Origin: Marinobacterium sp.
GTDB taxonomy: Bacteria; Pseudomonadota; Gammaproteobacteria; Pseudomonadales; Balneatricaceae
Assembly (NCBI GenBank): GCA_003250495.1
Contig: QKGH01000353.1
Span: 1-59,626, forward strand
Reading direction: 5' to 3'
Length of the DNA: 59,626 nt
Positions 19,408 to 29,757 of this stretch are shown here, piece after piece. The notes beneath the pieces are model-generated. The model searched no databases. It was not told where the DNA came from and worked only from the letters and a program-made list of their open reading frames with translations. Within the stretch, counting starts at the first letter, position 1. Each line of letters opens with the position of its first letter. Position numbers and translations under genes: made by a program.

Positions 19408-20442
19408 ATGTTCATCATTCGCCCGATTGCTGAAAAGGATCTGGATGCCCTGTACGGGATCGCGGTCGAATCCGGCCCCGGTTTCACCTCGCTGCCGGAC
19501 AACCGGGAGCTGCTGGCGGAGAAGATCGCGGCATCGGTGGCCGCCCTGGAGCGCGCCGAAACGCATCGCGGGAGCGAAACCTATCTGTTCGTGCTGGAGG
19601 ATTGCACAACCGGCGCCGTCGCCGGCACCTGCGGCATTGCGCCCGCCGTGGGGCTGGACGCCCCCTTCTACCACTACCATGTCGGCACGCTGGTGCATTC
19701 GTCGCGCGAGCTCGGAGTGTATAACGAGTTCAAAACGCTGAACCTGTGCAACGACTACACCGGCAGCACCGAGCTGTGTACGCTGTTCCTGCGCCCCGAC
19801 TACCGCCAGGATGGCAACGGCACCCTGCTGTCGAAAAGCCGCTTCCTGTTCATCGCCGAGCACAGCCAGCGTTTCTCCGAGCGGGTGATCGCCGAGATGC
19901 GCGGCTTCACCGACGAACATCACACCAACCCGTTCTGGGAAGGGCTGGGACGCCACTTCTTCTCGATGGATTACGATCGCGCCGACTACCTGACCGGCGC
20001 CGGCAACAAGGTGTTTATCGCCGAGTTGATGCCGAAGCACTCGATCTACATCCACCTGTTGCCGGAGGATGCCCAGGCGGTGATCGGCCGGGTTCATCCC
20101 AACACCGAGCCCGCCTGCCGGATGCTGGAGGCCGAGGGGTTCCGCTTTGAAAACTATGTCGATATCTTCGATGCCGGACCGACCCTGGCGGCGCGCCAGA
20201 GCGACATCCGCGCAATCGGCCAGAGCCGCCGCGTGCGAGTGACGATTGAGACGAACCAAGCGGAAGATGCCAGCTACCATCTCATCGCCAACACCTCCAC
20301 CAGCGAGTTTCGCTGCACCATGGCGCTGCTGAAACCCAGCCGCCAGCAGGTGGGTCTGTCACCGGCCCTCGCCGACGCGCTGCGTGTCGGTGACGGGGAC
20401 CGGGTCCGGCTGGTCGCGCTGAAGCGGCGGGTGCAGTCCTAA
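19408..20442 (+). CDS. astA: Arginine N-succinyltransferase
   Basis: IRPI...GFTSLP, YLFVLED, TLNLCNDYTGSTELCTLFL, LSKSRFLFI, VIAEMRG, YVDIFDAGP. Confidence 0.9.
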   Translation: MFIIRPIAEKDLDALYGIAVESGPGFTSLPDNRELLAEKIAASVAALERAETHRGSETYLFVLEDCTTGAVAGTCGIAPAVGLDAPFYHYHVGTLVHSSRELGVYNEFKTLNLCNDYTGSTELCTLFLRPDYRQDGNGTLLSKSRFLFIAEHSQRFSERVIAEMRGFTDEHHTNPFWEGLGRHFFSMDYDRADYLTGAGNKVFIAELMPKHSIYIHLLPEDAQAVIGRVHPNTEPACRMLEAEGFRFENYVDIFDAGPTLAARQSDIRAIGQSRRVRVTIETNQAEDASYHLIANTSTSEFRCTMALLKPSRQQVGLSPALADALRVGDGDRVRLVALKRRVQS

Positions 20443-20443
20443 C

Positions 20444-21754
20444 CTAGCGCACCACCGCCTCCGGCAGCCAGAGCAGCTGCTCCAACCCGCCGTCGGGGTG
20501 GTTACGCTGGCTCAGGCGTCCGCCCAGGCGCTCAAGCGCCCGTCGGGCGATGCTGAGCCCCAGACCATAACCGTCGCCATGCCCCCCGCTGCCCCGCACG
20601 AACGGCTCGGTCATGCGCTGCAACAGCTCATCACTGACCCCCGGGCCATGATCGCGCAGGCGGATCTCCAGCCCACCGCGGACCCGGCTCGCCCGCAGCT
20701 CGACCGGGCTCTCGACCGGGGTATATTTCAGCGCATTGCTGAGACAGTTACCCAGCGACCGTTGCAACAGCAGCGGATTGACCGCCAGCTGCAGGCCCGC
20801 CGGCTCGACCTCCAGGGTGATCTGACGTTGCGGATGGGTGAAACGGGCGTCGGCGACCAGCTCCTCCAGCGCCCGCTGCAGCTGAAACGTCTCCCCTCCG
20901 GGATCGGTCCGATCCAGCCGGGACAGCGACAGAATCTCACCGATCAGGCCGTCCAGCCGCTCGCACTCCTGATTGATCCGCGCGGCCGTGGCATCGCCCT
21001 CGCCGAGGCGCTGCTCCGCCAGGCCTGCCGCCACCTGCAGCCGCGCCAGCGGCGCCCTCAGTTCGTGGGAAACGTCCTGCAACAGGCGCTGCTGTGCCGT
21101 CAGCGTATCCTCGACATAGTTCGCCATCTGGTTGAATTCGCGCGCCAACTGGCCGATCTCGTCGCTACGCCGCGACAGCCCGTCCGCCGCCCGGCTGCTC
21201 AGGTTCTGCTGCGTGTACAGATCCCGTGCATGCCGGCGCAGTTGGTTGACCGGACGCACGATCAGCCAGCTCAACAACAGGCTGGCCAGGGCCGAGACGA
21301 AGAGCACGAACACCGCCTGCGCCGATACCATGAATGCCAGTATCTTCTCCAGGTAGAACCCCTCCGGCGGCAGCGCGGCGATCACCAGGAAGCGCCTCCC
21401 GGAGGGGCTGGTCACCTCGAAGCGGAACGAGTGCTTGGCGTCCGGCGCCGGCCGCGGCATCTCGTACAGCGCTTTCCCGCTGGCGCTATCCTCAATCCAC
21501 AACGGCAACGGACGCCAGCGCATCTCCCGGTGCTGACCGCGATCCCGCAGCGCCTCCCGGGTATCGGCCTCGCCCCGCTCGTAACGCTCCAGGATCAGCT
21601 CCGCCTGGGCCCGGGCCCGGGTTTCCAGCAGCACCAGACTCTGGCGATGCTCGGCCACCGACTGCACCAACCACACGGTCAGCCCCGTACCGATCGCGCT
21701 GATCAGCCAGATCGTCAGGAAAAACTTCCAGAACAGATGCTGATACCACCTCAT
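20444..21754 (-). CDS. Sensor histidine kinase, CpxA-like
   Basis: Two TM segments, HAMP, DVSHELRAPLARL, NALKY, DHGPG, GYGLGLSI. Confidence 0.9.
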   Translation of the reverse strand: MRWYQHLFWKFFLTIWLISAIGTGLTVWLVQSVAEHRQSLVLLETRARAQAELILERYERGEADTREALRDRGQHREMRWRPLPLWIEDSASGKALYEMPRPAPDAKHSFRFEVTSPSGRRFLVIAALPPEGFYLEKILAFMVSAQAVFVLFVSALASLLLSWLIVRPVNQLRRHARDLYTQQNLSSRAADGLSRRSDEIGQLAREFNQMANYVEDTLTAQQRLLQDVSHELRAPLARLQVAAGLAEQRLGEGDATAARINQECERLDGLIGEILSLSRLDRTDPGGETFQLQRALEELVADARFTHPQRQITLEVEPAGLQLAVNPLLLQRSLGNCLSNALKYTPVESPVELRASRVRGGLEIRLRDHGPGVSDELLQRMTEPFVRGSGGHGDGYGLGLSIARRALERLGGRLSQRNHPDGGLEQLLWLPEAVVR

Positions 21755-22464
21755 CCCCGGCTCCGTACGAACTGGTAACCCTGGCTACGAATCGTCTTGA
21801 TCACCTCGATATCGCTCCCCAGCACCCGCGCCAGCTTCTGCCGCACCCGGCTCACGTGCACATCCAGCGCCCGGTCATAGGCGGTCAGTTTGCGGTGCAG
21901 GACGCGCTCGGTCAGTTGTTCCTTGGTCAGGATCTGGCCGGCGTTCTGCATCAGGTAGGCCAACACATTGAACTCCGCACTGGTCAGCTCGACCGTTTCC
22001 TGCCCGATATGCACCTCCCGCAACCCGGGATCGAGCCGGATCCCCTGCTCTTCGAGGGGTCGCTCCGGGAACAGGCTGTCCTGCTCCGGCTCCTGCCCCG
22101 AGCGCCGCAACACCGCCCGGATACGTGCCAGCAGTTCGCGGGGATTGCAGGGCTTGCCCAGATAGTCGTCGGCTCCCATCTCCAGCCCCAGGATGCGGTC
22201 GATCTCGTCGCCGCGCCCGGTCAGCATGATCACCGGCGTGCGGATGCTGGGCCGCAGCTGCTGCAGCAACTCCAGACCGCTGGCCCCGGGCATCTGGATA
22301 TCGAGGATCAGCAGGGCGTAACTCTCCCCCTGCCGCAGCCGCTGCAGCGCCGACTCGGCACTGTAACAACAGTCGACCTCGAACTGCTCATGCCCCAGGT
22401 AGTCCGCCAGTAATTCACACAATTCGACGTCGTCGTCGACCAGTAGCAGGCGCTCTCCGCTCAC
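21751..22464 (-). CDS. OmpR-family response regulator, CpxR-like
   Basis: LLLVDDD, LDIQMPG, GLEMGADDY, YDRALDVHVSRVRQKL; GTG start with SD AGGAGG. Confidence 0.9.
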   Translation of the reverse strand: MSGERLLLVDDDVELCELLADYLGHEQFEVDCCYSAESALQRLRQGESYALLILDIQMPGASGLELLQQLRPSIRTPVIMLTGRGDEIDRILGLEMGADDYLGKPCNPRELLARIRAVLRRSGQEPEQDSLFPERPLEEQGIRLDPGLREVHIGQETVELTSAEFNVLAYLMQNAGQILTKEQLTERVLHRKLTAYDRALDVHVSRVRQKLARVLGSDIEVIKTIRSQGYQFVRSRG

Positions 22465-22548
22465 GACCACTCCTCCTCTATCACTGTGCACCGATAAACA
22501 CCGGGCTTTGATTCGATTCTAAAGCCTCCTTCCGGCCGCTGCTCGAGC

Positions 22549-22563
22549 TTTACCAAACTTTAC
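22549..22563. promoter_or_regulatory. CpxR box between the response regulator and the spy/cpxP-like gene
   Basis: TTTAC-CAAAC-TTTAC reads GTAAA-N5-GTAAA on the minus strand, the canonical CpxR consensus. Confidence 0.8.
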
Positions 22564-22636
22564 CGCGGGCTGACACAACTTATCGGAGCGCCAGCGCATA
22601 CTGCATCCATAGAAGATCACTGAGAGGAGAACGATC

Positions 22637-23122
22637 ATGCGCAAGTTCATTATTGGTGCCGTCACCGCAACCCTGCTGGGCAGCTCCCTGGCGGGTCTGG
22701 CCATGGCCAAGGAACCGGGCGAATATCGCCAGGACCGTATGGCTCAGGAACTGAACCTGAGCGCCGAACAGCAGACAAAAATGAAAGAGCTCTGGTCCGC
22801 ACACCGTGAAGATCGCGTCGAACGCCGCGATGCGATGCGCGAACAGATGCAGCAGATGCGGGCGCTCGACCCGAAAGCGGACAACTTCAACGCCGAGGTC
22901 GACAAACTGGTCAACCAGGCTCAGGAGCGGGTTGCGGAACGGATCCGCGCCCAGGCGCAGATGAAGGCCCAGATGGCTGAAATCCTGACCCCGGAGCAGA
23001 TGAGCAAGATGCAGAGCCTGGCTCCGCGCCACGGCGATCGTTTCGATGACCGCCGTCCGGGCCCGGATGACCGCCCGATGAAACGCGGGGACGGTTGGGA
23101 ACGCGGCGACTGCCGCCGCTAA
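22637..23122 (+). CDS. Spy/CpxP family periplasmic chaperone
   Basis: Signal peptide; LNLSAEQ and ILTPEQ (LTxxQ) motifs; divergent from the CpxRA-like pair. Confidence 0.85.
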   Translation: MRKFIIGAVTATLLGSSLAGLAMAKEPGEYRQDRMAQELNLSAEQQTKMKELWSAHREDRVERRDAMREQMQQMRALDPKADNFNAEVDKLVNQAQERVAERIRAQAQMKAQMAEILTPEQMSKMQSLAPRHGDRFDDRRPGPDDRPMKRGDGWERGDCRR

Positions 23123-23144
23123 GCGGCCACTCCGCGACAAATGA

Positions 23145-23168
23145 ATAGAGCGCCCATGGGCGCTCTAT
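23145..23168. terminator. Hairpin/terminator between convergent spy-like gene and trmB
   Basis: ATAGAGCGCCC-AT-GGGCGCTCTAT. Confidence 0.65.
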
Positions 23169-23189
23169 CTGTTTCCGCACCAGCAAAAC

Positions 23190-23924
23190 TCAGCTGACGC
23201 GCTCGAACATCAGATCCCAGACGCCATGGCCCAGCCGCTCACCGCGCTTCTGGAACTTGGTCACCGGTCGCCACTCGGGCTGGGGTGAGAACTGCCCTTC
23301 GCCGGCGACGTTGCGGTAACCCTCTGCGGCACTCATCACTTCCATCATGTGCTCGGCATAGGGCTCCCAGTCGGTAGCCATATGGAACACCCCGCCGATC
23401 TTCAGCTTGTTGCGAATCGTCTGGGCGAATTCGGGCTGCACGATACGCCGCTTGTGATGGCGTTTTTTCGGCCAGGGATCGGGGAAAAACAGCTGTACGC
23501 CGCTGAGGCTCGCATCCGGTATACACCGCGCCAATACCTCGATGGCATCGTCGCAGAACACCCGTACATTGGTCAGGCCGGCCTCGTTGAGCCGCCCCAG
23601 CAGACGCCCCACTCCCGGCGGATGCACCTCGATCCCGAGGAACCCCTTCTGCGGCGCCTGCCGCGCCATCTCCAGCAGCGAGTCCCCCATGCCGAAACCG
23701 ATCTCCAGCACCACCGGCGCCTCGGCACCGAACAGCGCGACGAAATCGAGCGTGCCGGCATTCAGCTCCAGCCCGTAGCGCGGCCAGTTCTCGGCCAGCG
23801 CGCGCTCCTGCCCCTCCGTCATCCGTCCGGCACGGACCACGAAGCTGCGCACTGCGCGCATCGGTTTCGCCTGGGTGCCGTCAGCGTCGACACCCGCCCC
23901 CTGTACAGTGTTCTGTTCGGTCAT
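23190..23924 (-). CDS. trmB: tRNA (guanine-N7)-methyltransferase TrmB
   Basis: [41 protein letters not shown]. Confidence 0.95.
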   Translation of the reverse strand: MTEQNTVQGAGVDADGTQAKPMRAVRSFVVRAGRMTEGQERALAENWPRYGLELNAGTLDFVALFGAEAPVVLEIGFGMGDSLLEMARQAPQKGFLGIEVHPPGVGRLLGRLNEAGLTNVRVFCDDAIEVLARCIPDASLSGVQLFFPDPWPKKRHHKRRIVQPEFAQTIRNKLKIGGVFHMATDWEPYAEHMMEVMSAAEGYRNVAGEGQFSPQPEWRPVTKFQKRGERLGHGVWDLMFERVS

Positions 23925-24715
23925 CAAGCAATGGTACCTTCGAGCGGTGAGGAAGCACTAGCATACTTCTTACGCGGCATACGTCCGGCCAGGAACGCCT
24001 CGCGACCGGCCTCGATCGCCTTGCGCATCGCACCGGCCATCAGGATCGGATTCTGCGCCGCGGCAATGGCGGTATTCATCAACACGCCGGCACAGCCCAT
24101 CTCCATGGCAATGGCGGCATCGGAAGCGGTTCCGACACCGGCATCGACGATGATCGGTACCTGAGCCGACTCCATGATGATGCGGATGTTATGCGGGTTC
24201 AGGATGCCGAGACCCGAACCGATCAGCGAACCGAGCGGCATCACCGCCACGCAGCCCATCTCCTCGAGGCGCTTGGCCACGATCGGATCGTCGTTGGTGT
24301 AAACCATCACCTTGAAACCATCCTTGATCAGTGTCTCGGCGGCACTCAGGGTTTCGACGATATTCGGGTACAGGGTCTTCTGATCGCCCAGCACCTCCAG
24401 CTTGACCAGGTCATGTCCGTCCAGCAGCTCACGCGCCAGGCGGCAGGTGCGCACCGCATCCTCGGCGGTATAGCAACCGGCCGTGTTGGGCAGGATGGTG
24501 TAACGTTCGGGGCTGATCACGTCGAGCAGGTTCGGCTCGTCCGGGTTCTGGCCGATATTGGTACGCCGCACCGCCACAGTCACGATCTCGGCACCGCTGG
24601 CGGCGATCGCCTCGCCGGTCTCCTGCAGATCCTTGTACTTACCGGTTCCGACCAGCAGACGGGAACGGTAGCTCTTACCAGCGATTACCAGCGGGTCATT
24701 CAGTTGCTCTGACAT
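23924..24715 (-). CDS. thiG: Thiazole synthase ThiG
   Basis: [36 protein letters not shown]. Confidence 0.95.
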   Translation of the reverse strand: MSEQLNDPLVIAGKSYRSRLLVGTGKYKDLQETGEAIAASGAEIVTVAVRRTNIGQNPDEPNLLDVISPERYTILPNTAGCYTAEDAVRTCRLARELLDGHDLVKLEVLGDQKTLYPNIVETLSAAETLIKDGFKVMVYTNDDPIVAKRLEEMGCVAVMPLGSLIGSGLGILNPHNIRIIMESAQVPIIVDAGVGTASDAAIAMEMGCAGVLMNTAIAAAQNPILMAGAMRKAIEAGREAFLAGRMPRKKYASASSPLEGTIA

Positions 24716-24782
24716 CGATTCAGTCCTGCATTGATTCTGTTACTGTCGCCCGAAGGCTCAAAGAGGTGTCCGGAAGTGGCGT

Positions 24783-24983
24783 TCAGCCCCCGCCGATGGC
24801 CGCGACGACCTCGACGCTGTCACCGGGCTTAAGCACAGTGGCCCCATGTTCGCTACGCGGCACGATCTCGCGATTCACCTCGATGGCGACGCGCTTCCCC
24901 ACCAAACCCAGTTCAGCGATCAGGCCGGTGATGCTCAACGCCTCGGCGACTTCGAACGCTTCACCGTTCAGCTGTATCTGCAT
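24783..24983 (-). CDS. thiS: Sulfur carrier protein ThiS
   Basis: 66 aa, VNREIVPRS, C-terminal GG. Confidence 0.95.
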   Translation of the reverse strand: MQIQLNGEAFEVAEALSITGLIAELGLVGKRVAIEVNREIVPRSEHGATVLKPGDSVEVVAAIGGG

Positions 24984-25362
24984 TCTGCTTTACCTTTTGA
25001 AAGATGGCGCTGAGCAGAGTCAACCACCCCAGCACAAAAAAGACTCCACCGATCGGGGTCACCGCGCCGAAGCGATGCACACCGCTCAGGGCCAAGACAT
25101 AGAGACTGCCGCAGAACAGCAGGATACCGGCCAGGAAAAAGGCGCTACTGAAGCGGAGCAGGCGGGACGGATAGCTGAGCTGCAACAGGCCAACCGCCAG
25201 CAACGCGAACACATGGTAGAACTGGTAGGTAACGCCGATCTGGAACACCTCGAACAGACGTTCCGCTAACTGCGGGCGCAGGCCGTGTGCCGCAAAGGCA
25301 CCCAGCAATACGGCGATGGCGCCGCCCAGGGCGGCAAGCAACAGGGTATAACGCGCCGACAT
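24961..25362 (-). CDS. DUF423 (YgdD/TMEM256) membrane protein
   Basis: GAFAAHGL, YQFYH, FCGSLY, TPIGG. Confidence 0.85.
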   Translation of the reverse strand: MSARYTLLLAALGGAIAVLLGAFAAHGLRPQLAERLFEVFQIGVTYQFYHVFALLAVGLLQLSYPSRLLRFSSAFFLAGILLFCGSLYVLALSGVHRFGAVTPIGGVFFVLGWLTLLSAIFQKVKQNADTAER

Positions 25363-25503
25363 GGGCTCTCCGGGCATCTAAGACGGGGGCGTATTATAAC
25401 GCCAGTTGCGGGGCGAGTTGACCCCGAAAAGACAGAAGGCCGTCGCTACCGCCCAGTTCGCGCTGGGGATACCGACGACCTTTCCGATGGATCAGTTGAC
25501 CGA

Positions 25504-26361
25504 TCAGGCAGTCAGCATTGCCGCCTTGATCTTGTTCATCGCATTCTTTTCCAGCTGGCGGATACGCTCGGCCGATACGCCGTACTGCGCCGCCAGATCG
25601 TGCAGGGTGGCTTTTTCGTCGGTCAGCCAGCGCCGCGCCAGGATATCCTGGCTGCGCTCATCCAGCGCCGACATCGCCTGCATCAACTGCTGCTGGGAGC
25701 GCTCCTCCCAATCGGAGGTCTCCAACTGCATGGCCGGATCGGCACTGTGATCCTCCAGATAAGCCGCCGGTGCCTGCCAGGCGCTGTCGTCGTCGCTGTC
25801 GACCGGGGCATCGAACGCGGTATCCGAGGCGGCCAGGCGGCCCTCCATCTGACGTACCGTTGCCGCATCGACGCCGAGATCCTCGGCGACCGCCTGCACT
25901 TCGTCGTTGGTCATCCACCCCAGCCCCTTCTTCTGCGAGCGCAGATTGAAGAACAGTTTGCGCTGGGCCTTGGTCGTGGCGATCTTGACGATACGCCAGT
26001 TGCGCAGGATGAACTCGTGCATCTCCGCCTTGATCCAGTGTACGGCGAAGGAAACCAGACGCACGCCCATGGTCGGGTCGAAGCGTTTAACGGCCTTCAT
26101 CAGGCCCACGTTACCCTCCTGCACCAGGTCGCCCAGTGGCAACCCGTAACCGGAGTAGCTACGCGCTATATGAACCACGAAACGCAGGTGGGACATGACC
26201 AACTGGCGCGCCGCTTCCAAATCATTCTGGTAGTACAGACGCTCAGCCAGCTCCCGCTCCTCTTCAGCCGTCAGGATCGGGATAGTACTCACACTCTGTA
26301 CGTAGGCTTCGATATTGCGGCCCGGCGACAGGTGTTCGATAACTTGCAAGCTTTTGCCCAT
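25504..26361 (-). CDS. rpoH: RNA polymerase sigma factor RpoH (sigma32)
   Basis: [19 protein letters not shown] and the RpoH box QRKLFFNLR; downstream of ftsX. Confidence 0.95.
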   Translation of the reverse strand: MGKSLQVIEHLSPGRNIEAYVQSVSTIPILTAEEERELAERLYYQNDLEAARQLVMSHLRFVVHIARSYSGYGLPLGDLVQEGNVGLMKAVKRFDPTMGVRLVSFAVHWIKAEMHEFILRNWRIVKIATTKAQRKLFFNLRSQKKGLGWMTNDEVQAVAEDLGVDAATVRQMEGRLAASDTAFDAPVDSDDDSAWQAPAAYLEDHSADPAMQLETSDWEERSQQQLMQAMSALDERSQDILARRWLTDEKATLHDLAAQYGVSAERIRQLEKNAMNKIKAAMLTA

Positions 26362-26394
26362 GCAGGGAATGACCTCGTTCTATGAATCCGGATA

Positions 26395-26423
26395 TGTGAC
26401 CCTTGGCGGCGACGGAAAGTTCC
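26395..26423 (-). promoter_or_regulatory. sigmaE/AlgU-type promoter of rpoH
   Basis: GGAACTT-N16-GTCACA on the minus strand; rpoH is an established sigmaE/AlgU target. Confidence 0.7.
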
Positions 26424-26504
26424 CAGTCCCACGCCCGCAGGTCCGCTCCTCACGGTGGAAAAACATAGCGTTCCGCTGTGAAAAACGCAACCTCGCAATC
26501 ACCG

Positions 26505-27500
26505 CTAGCCCGGCTCGATATCGCGCAGGTGCCGGCCGACGGCGATCCAGGCCCCCAGCAGCCCCAACAGCACCCCGGCGCCGAGCAACGCCAACGATTC
26601 CATGACGCCGAGGCCATGCACCTGGTAGCCGTTCAGGTACAGCGCCGCCAGCGCCTGCACCGGCTCCGCGATCAGTGCCAGCGCCAGTTGCGCCAGCAGC
26701 CAGGCCAGGGCCGCACCGAAGATGCCGAACCAGATGCCGCTGTACAGGAACGGCCGCCGGACCCAGGCGTCGGTGGCCCCCACCAGCTTGCTGACCACGA
26801 TCTCGTCGCGCCGGCTTTCGATCGTCATCCGCACCGTATTACCCACCACCAGCAGCACCGTCAGCCCCAGCAGAGCGCCCAGCACCCAGGCCCCGCGCTC
26901 GGCCAGCGCCATGAACGCCGCCAGCCGCCGTACCCACTCCAGGTCCACGCGCGCTTCATCGACCTCGGGCAATGCCGCCAGCTGCTGTTGCAACGCCGCC
27001 AACTGCTGCGGCTCGTGCTGGCGGGGGATCAGCGTAATCACCGCCGGTAACGGGTTGGTCTCGAAGAAATCGAGCAGATCGCCAAAGCGGGTATGGGCAC
27101 GGAAATCCGCCAGCCCCTTGTCCCGGCTGATCAGCTCCACCGACAGCAGATCGTCCCGTAGCAGCAGCTCGCGGCTGAAGTTGTCGATGCGCGCATCGCT
27201 GAGGTCGGTGTTCAGGTAGAGCGAGAGGTGCGGCTCCGTATCGAGCCCCAGCGTCAGTTGATCGACATTCTTCAGCGCCGTGAAGATGAAACTGGGCAGC
27301 GCCAGTGCGATCGCCAGCACCGCCAGCGTCATCAGCGATGCCAGCGGCGTGCTCCACAGCCGCCCCAATGCCTTCAGTGCCACCTCTATATGATGACGCA
27401 GCCAGCTGCGCCCGCGATCCTGCAGGCGTACCCGATGCTGGACGGCACCCCGTTTCGGCGCCGCCTGGCGGGCTTTGCGATTATCGTGCGCTTTGTTCAT
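26505..27500 (-). CDS. ftsX: Cell division permease FtsX
   Basis: TLAVLAIALALP, NPLPAVI, KLVGATDAWVRRPFLY. Confidence 0.95.
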   Translation of the reverse strand: MNKAHDNRKARQAAPKRGAVQHRVRLQDRGRSWLRHHIEVALKALGRLWSTPLASLMTLAVLAIALALPSFIFTALKNVDQLTLGLDTEPHLSLYLNTDLSDARIDNFSRELLLRDDLLSVELISRDKGLADFRAHTRFGDLLDFFETNPLPAVITLIPRQHEPQQLAALQQQLAALPEVDEARVDLEWVRRLAAFMALAERGAWVLGALLGLTVLLVVGNTVRMTIESRRDEIVVSKLVGATDAWVRRPFLYSGIWFGIFGAALAWLLAQLALALIAEPVQALAALYLNGYQVHGLGVMESLALLGAGVLLGLLGAWIAVGRHLRDIEPG

Positions 27501-28168
27501 CAGTGGCTATCCGCGACCAGTCGCCCACCCTGCAGGGTCAATACCCGGTGGCGCAGACGGTTGATCAACGACAGGTCGTGGCTGGCGATCAACACCGTGG
27601 TGCCGATACGGTTGAACTGCTCGAACAGGTGCATGATATCCTCGGACAGCTCGGGGTCCAGGTTGCCGGTCGGTTCGTCGGCCAGCAGCAAGCGTGGCTT
27701 GTGCACGATCGCCCGGGCGATCCCCACCCGCTGCTGCTCGCCGCTCGACAGCGTGACCGGGTTCAGTTTCTCGCGCGCCAGCAGACCGACCTTATCCAGC
27801 GCCGCCCGCACCCGGCGCGCCGCGTCGACCGGATCGTAACCGCTGATCTGCAGCGGCAGTGCCACATTGTCGAACACGGTGCGGTCGAACAACAGTTGAT
27901 GGTTCTGGAACACCACGCCGATATGCCGCCGGTGCAGCGGGATCTGCGCCCGCGACAGCCGCGACAGGTTCTGTTCGCCGACCCAGACCTCGCCCCGGCT
28001 GGGGCGTTCCATCAGCATGATCAGCTTCAGCAGGGTGCTCTTGCCGGCCCCGGAGTGCCCGGTGAGAAAGGCCAGCTCGCCCGACTCCAGCGCGAAATCG
28101 AGACCGACCAGCGCCTCGTGCCCGTTGGGATAACGTTTCCCGACATTACTGAAACGGATCGCTGACAT
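27500..28168 (-). CDS. ftsE: Cell division ATP-binding protein FtsE
   Basis: [23 protein letters not shown]; lies between ftsY and ftsX. Confidence 0.95.
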   Translation of the reverse strand: MSAIRFSNVGKRYPNGHEALVGLDFALESGELAFLTGHSGAGKSTLLKLIMLMERPSRGEVWVGEQNLSRLSRAQIPLHRRHIGVVFQNHQLLFDRTVFDNVALPLQISGYDPVDAARRVRAALDKVGLLAREKLNPVTLSSGEQQRVGIARAIVHKPRLLLADEPTGNLDPELSEDIMHLFEQFNRIGTTVLIASHDLSLINRLRHRVLTLQGGRLVADSH

Positions 28169-28177
28169 TGCCGCCTC

Positions 28178-29647
28178 TCAGTCGAACAGCGCCTTGACGA
28201 ACTCCTGCGCCTCGAACGGGCGCAGATCGTCGATCTGCTCGCCGACCCCGATAAAGCGGATCGGCAGGCCGAACTGCTTGGCGATGGCGAAGATGATGCC
28301 GCCCTTGGCGGTACCGTCGAGCTTGGTCAGCGCAATGCCGCTGACGCCGACGGCCTCCTTGAACAGGCGCGCCTGACTGATGGCGTTCTGCCCGGTGCCG
28401 GCATCCAACACCAGCATCACCTCGTGCGGCGCATCCGGGTCCAGCTTCTGCATCACGCGGACGATCTTCTGCAGCTCCTGCATCAGGTTGTCTTTGTTCT
28501 GCAGGCGTCCGGCGGTATCGGCAATCAGCACATCGACCCCCTTCGATTGCGCCGATTGCAGCGCATCGAAGATGACCGACGCCGAATCGGCCCCGCTATG
28601 CTGGGCCACCACCGGTACCTGGTTGCGCTCGCCCCACACCTGCAGCTGCTCCACCGCCGCGGCGCGGAAGGTATCGCCGGCCGCCAGCATCACCGACTTG
28701 CCCTCGGACTGGAAGCGTTTGGCCAGCTTGCCGATGGTTGTAGTCTTGCCCACACCGTTGACCCCGACCATCAGGATCACCGCCGGCTTCTTGTCGCCCG
28801 GCAATACCAGCGGGTGCTCGACCCCGCCCAGCAGCGCCGCCAGCTCCTCCTGCAGCGCTTCGCGCAGGGCGGCCGGATCTTTCAACTGCTTGCGCTCGAC
28901 ACGCTCGGTCAGGCGGGTCAGGATGTCGGTCGTCGCCTCGACCCCGACATCGGCCATCAGCAGCAGGGTTTCGATCTCCTCGAGCAGATCCTCGTCGATC
29001 TCCTTGGCGCCCAGGAACAGGTTACCCAACTGCTCAGTCAGGCCCGCCTTGGTGCGACTCAAGCCGCTTTTGATCCGCTCGAACAGGCGCTGCTTGCGTA
29101 CCGCCTGCTGCTCGACTGCGGCTTTCTCAGCGGCGGCCTTTTCCGCAGCTGCCTTTTCTGCCGCGGCCTTCTCCGCGGCCTCGGCTGCCGCCTTGGCTTC
29201 TGCTGCCGCTTTCGCGGCCGCCGCCTGCTCTTCCGCCAAGCGTTGCTGCCGGGCCTGTGCTTCGGCCTGCTGTCGAGCCTGCTCCTGCTGGGCGGCTTCC
29301 TGCGCCAGCCGGGCCCGTTCTGCCTCCGCCGCGGCCTGTTCAGCGGCCCGTCGCGCCGCCTCCTCAGCTTCAGCCTCGGGCTCGGGCTCGGGCTCGGGCT
29401 CCGACACAGCCTGCACGCTTTCTGCGGCCGGTTCCTCACTCACCTCGGCAACATCGGCCGGGGTCTGCGGCAACGGCGCCGCATCGGCTTGCCGTTCCGC
29501 GGTTTTCGTATCCTCGATCTGCCCCTTGTCGCCCTTCAGAGAGAGGTAGATCAGCAACAGGATCACAAATGCCAGGGCAGCGACGATATAAGGCAGCATG
29601 GCCGGATCGAGGCCATTTTCGAGCATCCAGGAGTAGAGTGCGTCCAT
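28178..29647 (-). CDS. ftsY: Signal recognition particle receptor FtsY
   Basis: [32 protein letters not shown]; long N-terminal extension. Confidence 0.95.
   Translation of the reverse strand: MDALYSWMLENGLDPAMLPYIVAALAFVILLLIYLSLKGDKGQIEDTKTAERQADAAPLPQTPADVAEVSEEPAAESVQAVSEPEPEPEPEAEAEEAARRAAEQAAAEAERARLAQEAAQQEQARQQAEAQARQQRLAEEQAAAAKAAAEAKAAAEAAEKAAAEKAAAEKAAAEKAAVEQQAVRKQRLFERIKSGLSRTKAGLTEQLGNLFLGAKEIDEDLLEEIETLLLMADVGVEATTDILTRLTERVERKQLKDPAALREALQEELAALLGGVEHPLVLPGDKKPAVILMVGVNGVGKTTTIGKLAKRFQSEGKSVMLAAGDTFRAAAVEQLQVWGERNQVPVVAQHSGADSASVIFDALQSAQSKGVDVLIADTAGRLQNKDNLMQELQKIVRVMQKLDPDAPHEVMLVLDAGTGQNAISQARLFKEAVGVSGIALTKLDGTAKGGIIFAIAKQFGLPIRFIGVGEQIDDLRPFEAQEFVKALFD
29375..29401. repeat. 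(CTCGGG)4 tandem repeat encoding Glu-Pro repeats in FtsY
   Basis: ctcgggctcgggctcgggctcgggctc; adjacent 15-bp degenerate repeats encode (AAAEK)n. Confidence 0.8.
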
Positions 29648-29757
29648 AAATTCTGTAGTATCCGGAAACGGAACCGGTCGCGACCGGTTCGAACAGTGAG
29701 TGCATTAAGCGCGGTATCTTACCATAGCACCACTATTACCCAACCAGATGACAGGAA

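Noticed and set aside
25363-25503. TPP riboswitch upstream of DUF423-thiS-thiG
   Set aside because: No CUGAGA/ACCUGA core; the hairpin here is best explained as the rpoH 3' structure.
26281-26292. SlmA-binding-site-like GATAGTACTCAC inside rpoH
   Set aside because: Breaks the GTGAGTACTCAC palindrome at two positions; a single hit is compatible with chance.
27735-27752. FtsE signature LSSGEQ instead of LSGGQ
   Set aside because: That position varies among ABC ATPases, and all other motifs are intact.
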